From positions 1 to 54,124 of IMG/VR virus record IMGVR_UViG_3300037421_000099: DNA of 54,124 nucleotides. The stretch is one strand, 5' to 3'. Under the pieces are notes generated by a model. The model saw only the letters and a list, made by a program, of their open reading frames with translations, made no database searches and had not been told where the DNA came from. The stretch comes from a virus (taxonomy: Duplodnaviria > Caudoviricetes). This document shows positions 9,326 through 17,289 of the stretch, piece by piece. The position numbers and the translations under genes are program-made. Numbering within the stretch: position 1 is the first letter of the stretch; each line of letters starts with the position of its first letter.

Positions 9326-9708
9326 AGACCGCCAAAGAGCTGCTCGCGTCCGGGGAACCTCTCCCCGAAGGCGTCTCGCCCGAAGACTTGCCAGCAGCGA
9401 TGGAGCACGACAGCTCCGACCTCGGCCACGGCGACTACATCCCGAAGACCTTCCTGCGCATCACGCCGCTCGACAAGGCGGGTCGTCGCGCTCTCTGGGC
9501 CAGGTTCGAACCGCTCTTCACTCCCACGTCCGTACCGGAGCTGAAAGAAGCTTTCTACGAGTGCGACGGACGCTTCGTCGAGCTACGCGCGGGTCGCGAA
9601 GGCGACGACGAACAGCTCACGCTCACGGAGGGTGATGTCCTCACGCGAGAGACGATTCAGAAGCTCGTCAGCATCTTGCTGCGCGCGAAGGATGGGTTGG
9701 ACATATGA
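9322..9708 (+). CDS. hypothetical protein
   Basis: ATGA coupling, typical codon usage. Confidence 0.6.
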   Translation: MKTAKELLASGEPLPEGVSPEDLPAAMEHDSSDLGHGDYIPKTFLRITPLDKAGRRALWARFEPLFTPTSVPELKEAFYECDGRFVELRAGREGDDEQLTLTEGDVLTRETIQKLVSILLRAKDGLDI

Positions 9709-10163
9709 CGAAACAAATCGACCTATTCGGCGTGGACATCTTCTCGTCCGACACGCCGCCCAAAGGCGTCACGACCGTAGCGACTACGCTCACAAACGGA
9801 CCTCTGGTCGACGTCGGGTGCCCTATCCACGGCATCGGCTGCCCTCCCTCGTGCCCCGTTCTGCAGGCCACCAAGGCGGCCGAGTACGCCCTGAAGCGTC
9901 GCGCGACCCACCGCTGCCACGCACGCGCCTGCACCAAGCACGTCCCGCCCGAGATGCTCATGTGCAAACGGCACTGGTTTCGTGTACCCAAGCGCGTTCG
10001 TGACGCCGTGTGGGCGCACTACCGCCCCGGCCAGTGCGACGACATGAACCCTTCGCAGGCGTGGCACCGAGCGGCGGATGCGGCGATCGGGTTTGTCGCG
10101 AGAGCGGAAGGACACGGAATCTCGAAGAATGAAGCGGATGCGCTGGAGGCGTTCGGCTTGTGA
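9705..10163 (+). CDS. Cys/His-rich hypothetical protein
   Basis: HRCHARAC...LMCKRHW. Confidence 0.6.
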   Translation: MTKQIDLFGVDIFSSDTPPKGVTTVATTLTNGPLVDVGCPIHGIGCPPSCPVLQATKAAEYALKRRATHRCHARACTKHVPPEMLMCKRHWFRVPKRVRDAVWAHYRPGQCDDMNPSQAWHRAADAAIGFVARAEGHGISKNEADALEAFGL

Positions 10164-10462
10164 AAACGCCCTACGAAGCTCCTCAGAAGGATTGGACGCC
10201 CACTATGAATCTGCTGAACACGATCGATACTGCAGTAAGCGGAGACCTACCCCTACCCAACCGAGCCGTAACGATGCTCGGCGCACTTCACGTTCTGACG
10301 TGCGCTCTTCTCGCCAACGAAGACCCAAAGCAGTGCTGCCATCGAAGCGACGAACAGCACGATAGTGGGTGCATGGTAGATCAGGCGCTTCGTCTCGTAG
10401 GGCTCGACACTCACGAGAAGCGCGACGAGGCCAGAGAAGACCTGGAAAAACCGAAACCGTGA
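10160..10462 (+). CDS. hypothetical protein
   Basis: GTGA coupling on both sides. Confidence 0.5.
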   Translation: MKTPYEAPQKDWTPTMNLLNTIDTAVSGDLPLPNRAVTMLGALHVLTCALLANEDPKQCCHRSDEQHDSGCMVDQALRLVGLDTHEKRDEAREDLEKPKP

Positions 10463-11520
10463 ACCGCATCGGCCCCACCTGCCCGCAGTGCAAGACCCCG
10501 ATCCTCTCCTGCGAGGCGGGCTACTTCCGCTGCTGGCGCTGCCACTGGATCGGCCAGCTCGACGAAACGTTTCGGCCGCTGCCTGACGTTCCGAAACTCG
10601 AAGCGCTCTGCAAGTCGATCCGGTTCGTCCGTGTCGAGGATTACATCTTCGGTGACGGTCTGTTTCACCCGTGCAACCCCACCGTCGCATGGCACGAGGG
10701 ACTACTCTGGCTATCGGTGCGCTTCGTCAGCTACAGGCTCGGTGAGCCGAACGAGTGCGGCCCCTACCACTCGCACAACGCCGTTCGCGCAATCGATGCG
10801 TCACTAGAAGACGTCGACCTGCGTCCAGAAACGTCCAGCGTCCTTCGTGAGCCGCGTACCGTCGACTGGAACAGCCGCAAGTTCGACACGTTCTCTCGCG
10901 GATTCGAGGACATCCGTCTCTTCAGCTACAAGAACGAGATGCGCGCGATCGCGTGCGCGTGCGATTACAACCGTCACGGCAAGCCAGAGCAGGTCACCTT
11001 TCGTCTCCTCGACGCCGGTTACGTACGTGACGTACGTGTCCACCGGTCTCCCATCGCCGAGAAGAACTGGCTTCCCATCGTCGAACCTGACCGCCTGCTC
11101 TACCTCTACGCGCTGCGCCCTTTCACGATCGTGCTCGACGAGAACTGCCAAGAGATGTCGCGCAAGCCGTTTCTCGACGGCCAGGCTCCTGACCAACCGA
11201 TGCTCTCGGGCAGCTCCCAAGCCGTTCCCTTCCTCGGCGGCTATCTCCTCGTCGCGCACGAACGTATCCGCGGCTTCTACCAGCACCGCTTCGTCCACCT
11301 CTCAGACCGGCTTCAAGTCGTCGCCATGTCCAAGCCGTTCTCGTTCCGGCACACCGGAGTCGAGTTTTGCTGCGGGGCCGCCATGCTCGACAGCAGTGTG
11401 CTCTTTTCGTTCGGCGTCGAAGACCGGGAAGCCTGGCTCTGCGAGATCAATCATTCAGACATCGAAAGGATCCTCTATGCACCGAGACATGAACCGAGAT
11501 CAGGTGAAAGCCCTCGCTGA
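10459..11520 (+). CDS. beta-propeller glycosidase-like protein (GH130/GH43-like) with N-terminal Zn ribbon
   Basis: CNPTV, GFEDIRLF, EKNWLP, SGSS, YQHRF, VEFCCG, SFGVEDRE. Confidence 0.7.
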   Translation: MNRIGPTCPQCKTPILSCEAGYFRCWRCHWIGQLDETFRPLPDVPKLEALCKSIRFVRVEDYIFGDGLFHPCNPTVAWHEGLLWLSVRFVSYRLGEPNECGPYHSHNAVRAIDASLEDVDLRPETSSVLREPRTVDWNSRKFDTFSRGFEDIRLFSYKNEMRAIACACDYNRHGKPEQVTFRLLDAGYVRDVRVHRSPIAEKNWLPIVEPDRLLYLYALRPFTIVLDENCQEMSRKPFLDGQAPDQPMLSGSSQAVPFLGGYLLVAHERIRGFYQHRFVHLSDRLQVVAMSKPFSFRHTGVEFCCGAAMLDSSVLFSFGVEDREAWLCEINHSDIERILYAPRHEPRSGESPR

Positions 11521-12127
11521 GCAGCTCTGCAACCCCTTGCCGGGGTGGTGCAAAAAAGAGAAGCGCGATGCGCTCGTCGACAGCGTCTTCATGCTGCACG
11601 AGGAGCTCAAACGGCCCCTAACGATCGTCGAGATCGGAGTCTTCGGCGGAAGCTCCTTCGGGGCCCTCGTCACCGCGGCCGGCTACATCAGCTCTGTCGT
11701 CTACGGCATCGACCCGTGGAGCGTCGAGAGATCCACCGAGCACATGATCGACAAAGCGAACCTCGATTGGTGGTCGAAGATCGACCACGGAAGGATGTAC
11801 CTCGACGTCGTGGATCTCTTCGCCTCCAAGTCGAGCTCTCGCGTGCTGCGCATGACGAGCGCGGAAGCGGCGAAGTACATTCACGTGGTCGATCTCATCC
11901 ACATCGACGGCAACCACTCCGAAGAGAAGTCGGTCTTCGATGTGCAGACCTGGATCCCCAAGGTCACGATCGGCGGCTTCGTTTGGATGGACGACATCGA
12001 CTGGCACGAGGCCGGCGTCTGCACAACCCTTGCCGCGTGCAAGCTCCTGGAAGCTCACTGCGAGCTTCTTCAGACAATCAAGATTCCAGGGATCAACGCC
12101 TGCGGTCTCTTTCGAAAGGTTCGGTAA
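11477..12127 (+). CDS. class I SAM methyltransferase (Methyltransf_24-like)
   Basis: VEIGVFGGSS, YGIDPW, DLIHIDGNHS, GGFVWMDD. Confidence 0.85.
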   Translation: MHRDMNRDQVKALAEQLCNPLPGWCKKEKRDALVDSVFMLHEELKRPLTIVEIGVFGGSSFGALVTAAGYISSVVYGIDPWSVERSTEHMIDKANLDWWSKIDHGRMYLDVVDLFASKSSSRVLRMTSAEAAKYIHVVDLIHIDGNHSEEKSVFDVQTWIPKVTIGGFVWMDDIDWHEAGVCTTLAACKLLEAHCELLQTIKIPGINACGLFRKVR

Positions 12128-12129
12128 AC

Positions 12130-13695
12130 GTGCCCCAGTCAGCCAACGAGCACAACGAGCAAATCCGAGCGATCGTCGATCGATTCCAGCCGCGGAAGAT
12201 CCTTGATGTCGGGATGGGACGCGGCGACTACGGCGTGTACCTGCGGAGAGACTGGGGGTGGACGCAAGGATTCCTCGTTGGACTCGAGATCTGGGAGCCG
12301 TACATCCGAGGCGAAAACGCCGTCGCGAAAGAGCAGCTGCAACACTACAACGCCGTCCACGTGCTCGACGTGCGCGACGCGAGCGATCTCGTTCTCGAAG
12401 AAAAGCCCGACCTCGTCTTCGCCTTCGACGTCCTGGAGCACATGCCCCAAGAAGACGCCGTGCGTGTTCTTCGCATGCTGCAGCGCGCGAGCAAGTACGG
12501 CGTGCTCGTGAGCCTGCCGATCATCCCGTACCCGCAGGGGCCCTACCTGGGAAACCCGTACGAGGCGCATCAGAAGGACTGGACGCCCGAAGAAATGCTC
12601 GCGCTCGGAAGCGAATTCTTGCACCGAGGGGTCGCCACGGGCCTCTTTCACTTTCCAGGCGGCGTTCTCGACCGACGCATCTCGGTCCTGATGAACACCG
12701 TTCGCGAGAACGAAGCATTCTCGATCCACCCGCACGACATCCTCGCGGGCCCCGTCGAGCAAGTCCTCAAGCAAACCGTCTCGCCCCACGAGGTCGAGAT
12801 CATCATCGTCGATGGTCTGCATTTCGAGCGGTGGCCCTACTTCGAGGCCTACCACTCGAGCGCTTCGACCAACGGGCTTCGCATCCTGCACGTCCCACCC
12901 AAGCAGTCGCAGATGGTCAAGGACAAGCGCTGCGCGATCAGTGCCTACAAGAATACCGCCCTCGCGCACATGCGTTCTCCCCTCGCCATCACAATCGACG
13001 ACGGAGCGGTCCTGCCTGCAACATACTTGGCCAACGTCCTCGAAGCGTGGGAAGAGCGCAAAGAGATGCTCTCCTCAATGTGCCAGATCCTCAACGGTAC
13101 CGAGATCATCGACTCGCGTCAGGTCTTTCTCGAGTCGGACGGCAAGGTCGTCGGCCCCATCGTCGGTGATGCACGGATCCCCTCGATGTACGGATACGCA
13201 GCGCTCCCTCTCGAAGGGGTGCTCGCCGTCAACGGCTACGACGAGATGTACGACGGCTCGCGCGGCATCGAGGACATGGACATGGGGATCCGCCTGCAAA
13301 AAGCCGGATACCGCATCGCGCTCGACCGCACGCACACCATGCAGCTGTTGCCTCACGGCGCGTGGTCACGGAAGGTCTTCGGCCAGAACATCTGCGGAAA
13401 CGGCGGCGACAACACGTGCGTCAAGTGCTGCCAGACCACGATCAACCTTCGCCTATCCGAGATTCTAAGCGGTGACGTACAAGCCAACCGCCGCGCGTGG
13501 GACGACGAGAAGTGGAGCAAAGTTAGGCCGCGCTGCTACCTCCTGTCGGGCAACCGCTGCTCTCTCAGCTGGCAGACGTGCCCCTACTACGGCTCGTTCT
13601 CTGACCGCGAACACCCGGGCCTGCAGTCCCTCATCGACCACCCGCCGATCTTCGATATGACCGAGGAACGGCGCAACAACGGAATCCGACCATGA
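12130..13695 (+). CDS. methyltransferase-glycosyltransferase (GT2-like) fusion
   Basis: ILDVGMGRG, DVLEH, NPYEAH; then EIIIVDG, IDDG, VNGYDE..GIEDMDMGIRL. Confidence 0.85.
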   Translation: MPQSANEHNEQIRAIVDRFQPRKILDVGMGRGDYGVYLRRDWGWTQGFLVGLEIWEPYIRGENAVAKEQLQHYNAVHVLDVRDASDLVLEEKPDLVFAFDVLEHMPQEDAVRVLRMLQRASKYGVLVSLPIIPYPQGPYLGNPYEAHQKDWTPEEMLALGSEFLHRGVATGLFHFPGGVLDRRISVLMNTVRENEAFSIHPHDILAGPVEQVLKQTVSPHEVEIIIVDGLHFERWPYFEAYHSSASTNGLRILHVPPKQSQMVKDKRCAISAYKNTALAHMRSPLAITIDDGAVLPATYLANVLEAWEERKEMLSSMCQILNGTEIIDSRQVFLESDGKVVGPIVGDARIPSMYGYAALPLEGVLAVNGYDEMYDGSRGIEDMDMGIRLQKAGYRIALDRTHTMQLLPHGAWSRKVFGQNICGNGGDNTCVKCCQTTINLRLSEILSGDVQANRRAWDDEKWSKVRPRCYLLSGNRCSLSWQTCPYYGSFSDREHPGLQSLIDHPPIFDMTEERRNNGIRP

Positions 13696-13973
13696 GAACG
13701 TTCATCACGGCTCTCGTCGTCGTCGCGGCGTGTAGCGCCTCCAAACCCGGAGGAATCCTCTACGTCGACCCTGCCGTCTACCCCTGCGGCATCAACGACA
13801 ACTACTGCAACGGGCCCGGACATCCCTTCCCGTGCTGCATCGAGAACAGCACGTGCGGAGGAGCCAAGTACGACCACTCGTGCCCGGAGAACGAGTGCTG
13901 CTTTGTCGGCGCGTCCTTCGAGATGAAAGAGGACGCTGGCCCCAGACACGGAACGCCCATGAGGCTGCAGTGA
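13692..13973 (+). CDS. Cys-rich lipoprotein
   Basis: Signal peptide ending VVAAC; several further Cys; DAG motif. Confidence 0.6.
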   Translation: MRTFITALVVVAACSASKPGGILYVDPAVYPCGINDNYCNGPGHPFPCCIENSTCGGAKYDHSCPENECCFVGASFEMKEDAGPRHGTPMRLQ

Positions 13974-14181
13974 CGACCCTCGACGTCGAGCGCGAGCGAC
14001 GGCGACCCTTCTGCCGGAGTGGGCAGCGGCGGAAAGTCGTCGCCTACGGAAACGCTCCGCGCGTCGGCCGGCAGTGCTGGCCCGAGCGCCAAGAAGATCT
14101 CCGTGGTCTCGCCAGCACACCCGCGCAACGCTTTCTCTTCTGCATATCGCTCGCGGGACGTCCGATGCCAGGGGATGTTCG

Positions 14182-14559
14182 ATGCCCCAACACGCCTTAG
14201 AATCGGACCTGCTCGCCGCCCTGCTCCTCGAAGCCCCTCGCGCCTTCCCCGAGCTCCGTCTCTTCCGCCGCAACGTCTCCAAGGTCAAAATTCTCGATCC
14301 GCGCACCGGACGCTCCCGCTCGATGCGCTTCGCCCTCCCGGGCCAGTGCGACCTCTGGGGCGTTCTCGTCGGCGGCATACACATCGAGATCGAACTCAAG
14401 TCCGCCACCGGCTCTCTCGAGCCCGATCAGCGCGTCTGGCGCGACTTCTGCGCCGAGTGGTGCATCCCGTACGCCCTTCTGAAGGCCCGCGCCGACGAGT
14501 CGATTCCCCAGACGATCGCCCGCTGGCTCGTCGAGCTTCGTGCCACCATTCCAGTGTGA
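14182..14559 (+). CDS. VRR-NUC domain nuclease
   Basis: LFRRNV...GQCDL...EIELKS..G...Q..W. Confidence 0.85.
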   Translation: MPQHALESDLLAALLLEAPRAFPELRLFRRNVSKVKILDPRTGRSRSMRFALPGQCDLWGVLVGGIHIEIELKSATGSLEPDQRVWRDFCAEWCIPYALLKARADESIPQTIARWLVELRATIPV

Positions 14560-14560
14560 G

Positions 14561-14596
14561 TTGTCAAGCCCCCCGTTCTGCTCGTACACTTCACCC
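14561..14596 (+). promoter_or_regulatory. sigma70-like promoter, leaderless start
   Basis: TTGTCA...TACACT 6 nt before ATG 14597; no SD. Confidence 0.5.
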
Positions 14597-15091
14597 ATGA
14601 ACACTCAGGGCGCAGTCATCGGCGGCGGAGCTGGAGCGGTCGCAGGAGGGCTCGCCGGCTACTTCACGGCTCACGCCCTGCGCGGGGGTCGAAAGAGCAT
14701 GCACCAGGCAGCCTACGCCGCGGGCGGGGCCATCCTGGTCGGAGCGCTGGGAGCGTTCCTCGGCGGACAGGTGCAGGCAGCTCCCCAGCTGCCCTCCAAC
14801 CCAGCGAACCCGAACGCCCCCGGCTCGAACGCGTACTGGAACACCCTCACGCCGCTGCAGCAGCAGACCTACAAGAGCAAGCTCTACGACTGGGCCACGC
14901 AAGCCACGACCTCGGGCACCTACCCGAGCTCCGTGCAGAGCCTCTCCGAGCTCGGCGTCAAGTCCGTCGCCGACCTCGACGACCCGGGCAACCTCGCCCT
15001 CGTCACCGACGCCTTCCAGACCGCGAGCGGCGGGGTCGGGGCGTACGCAGGAGTCATCGACGCGGCGGTGTACAAGGCTGTCACCGGCTGA
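14597..15091 (+). CDS. glycine-zipper membrane protein with possible peptidoglycan-binding-like C-terminus
   Basis: Two Gly-rich hydrophobic segments; VTDAFQ...AGVIDAAVYKA. Confidence 0.6.
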   Translation: MNTQGAVIGGGAGAVAGGLAGYFTAHALRGGRKSMHQAAYAAGGAILVGALGAFLGGQVQAAPQLPSNPANPNAPGSNAYWNTLTPLQQQTYKSKLYDWATQATTSGTYPSSVQSLSELGVKSVADLDDPGNLALVTDAFQTASGGVGAYAGVIDAAVYKAVTG

Positions 15092-15414
15092 GATTCTCGA
15101 GCGCCCTCGCATACTCCTCGCAAGCGACATCGAAACGCTGCACCGCCTCGTCCCACGCCTGCTGAGCGTGGGGCGTAGCGGGTGTACCGAGAAACGGACG
15201 AAGCGCCTCCAAGTCTGCCGAATACTCCCTCATCTGCTGGCGCGCATTCTCTAGATCACCCTCTCTCGTCGTCACAACGGACCTCCCGTCGGCCACGTAC
15301 CTTGCTGCTGACGCCCGGCGATGTAATTCGAGAGACGCTCATCGATGGCGTCGCGCTTACGCCACTGACGCGTCAGCGTGTACCAGGCCATTACCAGCAT
15401 CAGACGCCAAAACT

Positions 15415-15804
15415 TCATGCTGGGAGCTGCTCTCCGTACCCCTCGTGACGAAGCCCCTCGATCGCGCGACGAATCGCCGCCAGCACCTCACGCTTCGTAC
15501 GCCCCGGCGTATCCTCAAACTCACGACCCGTCCGAAACAGACGATCGGGGTATCCGTACGCGCGTAGCAGCGCATTCTGAGCGAGAAAACCGACGCGCCA
15601 CGGCGAATCGAATGCGACACGAAGCATAGCGCCCCAAGGCGTAAAGCTTCGCGCTCGCGCAGAGCGCTCATAGACAGACCGACCTCGGCGATCGCGTGCA
15701 AGCGCCCCTTGCGTCCAACCGCGCCGAACGAGCTTCATCGACCTGCGCAACACGTTACGAGCGCGCAAGCGGTTTCCGGGTGTATCCACTACGACCGTTT
15801 TCAT
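15415..15804 (-). CDS. phage hypothetical protein (DUF6197-like)
   Basis: GWTQGALARD...EDTPGRTKREVLAAIRRA. Confidence 0.55.
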   Translation of the reverse strand: MKTVVVDTPGNRLRARNVLRRSMKLVRRGWTQGALARDRRGRSVYERSARARSFTPWGAMLRVAFDSPWRVGFLAQNALLRAYGYPDRLFRTGREFEDTPGRTKREVLAAIRRAIEGLRHEGYGEQLPA

Positions 15805-16166
15805 CTCGCACCTTCCTCTGCGATCGCTTTGTTGAACGCCGCCATCCACTCGTCCATCACCTGGCCCCCGTCGGGAGAATTGAACTCCCTGTTCGACCCT
15901 TCTCGCGACACGGAGCTCGCTGCAATCGACTGCAACGGCTCCGCCAGCGTCGCGCTGGGCTCTGCTTCCAGCACGGGGCTCTTCTTTACTTCTCTGTTCT
16001 TCTCGAGACCGCATCCCACACACACCGCCGTCCCCCCGTCCCAAAGCCACCGGATCCGCTCGTCCAAATCCAAGATCATGTGCAGCCCGCACCCCGAGCA
16101 CACGTCCGCGCATCGGTCTTCTAGGTTCAGCGCAGCGAGCTGACGACGCGTTTCTACGTCGCTCAT
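15801..16166 (-). CDS. Zn-binding hypothetical protein
   Basis: CSGC...CVGC; ATGA coupling. Confidence 0.55.
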   Translation of the reverse strand: MSDVETRRQLAALNLEDRCADVCSGCGLHMILDLDERIRWLWDGGTAVCVGCGLEKNREVKKSPVLEAEPSATLAEPLQSIAASSVSREGSNREFNSPDGGQVMDEWMAAFNKAIAEEGAR

Positions 16167-16642
16167 GACGCGTGTCTCAGTCCTCGCGCGATGCGCGACA
16201 CCGAGTGCCGATGCAGACCCACGCGCTTGGCGACGTGCGCGTAGCTCAACCCTCGCGCCAGCAGATTCCGCACCTTTCGCACGTGCGACGCATCTCGATG
16301 ACCCGTGAACCCCCTCGGCGCCGTCCCGTGCCGGCGCTTGTCCGCCTCGTTCTGCCGGCGCGTCTTCCACGACAGGTTCCAGAGCGCGTTGTTGTCCTTG
16401 TTCCCGTCCGCGTGCGCCGCCTCGTGTCTGTGCGACGGCGGAGGTCCTACGAACGCCAGAAGCACCGCGCGCGCGACGAACAAGCGCCGACCGCGCGCCG
16501 TGACCCTCAAGTAGCCGCTGTCGCTGCGCGAGGGACGCAGCGCGTGACCGCGAGGGCCGTAGATGACGCCCCTGTCGGAGACGATGTAGCCGTCGAAGCC
16601 GGGGATGCGGCGCGAGCTCGCTGAGAACCGTTTCGCGTTCAT
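16163..16642 (-). CDS. NUMOD4-HNH homing endonuclease-like protein
   Basis: IPGFDGYIVSDRG, HADGNKDNNALWNL..N, C-terminal HTH. Confidence 0.85.
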   Translation of the reverse strand: MNAKRFSASSRRIPGFDGYIVSDRGVIYGPRGHALRPSRSDSGYLRVTARGRRLFVARAVLLAFVGPPPSHRHEAAHADGNKDNNALWNLSWKTRRQNEADKRRHGTAPRGFTGHRDASHVRKVRNLLARGLSYAHVAKRVGLHRHSVSRIARGLRHAS

Positions 16643-17289
16643 CGGCCCCTCAGATCGTGAGGATGAGGTGTCCGAGCCGCTTTGCCGGCGTTGCAATCCC
16701 AGCACAGCGTCTGAAGATTTCTCAGCTCTGTCAGGCCGCCTAACGAAACCGGGATCACATGGTCCACGACCAGCGTGACCACTGGAGAAGGCAGCCCACA
16801 ACGTCGACACCGAAACCCGTCTCGCTCGAAAACCTGTTGACGAAGAGCCGTGGTTACCTTGTTGCGCTCTTCTTCGACTTTCTCAGCAGAGACTTTTGCA
16901 TGCCGTTTATCAAACACAACGCTCATTCTCGACAGAAGCATGCACACGCCAGTGAAACGACGTAGAGCATCGCCGTTCCAGTTACTGTACGCAGCGACGA
17001 TCCGTTCGAACTCAAACAGATGTCCTCTACACTTCTCTACGTGCACATCACGCAAATACCCAGGCTTCGTCGCCCAATGCCACGAGCAGGCGTTCTCGCC
17101 CTGACAGTACACGCCCGACGCAAACGTAGCGCTGTAGTCGCGCCGCTCCCACCAAGCGACCATCGCCGTTCCCTGCTGCGACTTGGTCTGGATCGCCTGC
17201 GTGAGGTCTCGCCCGCAGAAGACGCATCGCAACAGGTCGTATTGCTGAACCTGATTCCACCACCTATCCGACTGAAATTCTTCGATCAT
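16639..17289 (-). CDS. HNH endonuclease
   Basis: VFERDGFRCRRCG...DHVIPVSLGG..NLQTLCWDCNAGK. Confidence 0.85.
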   Translation of the reverse strand: MIEEFQSDRWWNQVQQYDLLRCVFCGRDLTQAIQTKSQQGTAMVAWWERRDYSATFASGVYCQGENACSWHWATKPGYLRDVHVEKCRGHLFEFERIVAAYSNWNGDALRRFTGVCMLLSRMSVVFDKRHAKVSAEKVEEERNKVTTALRQQVFERDGFRCRRCGLPSPVVTLVVDHVIPVSLGGLTELRNLQTLCWDCNAGKAARTPHPHDLRGR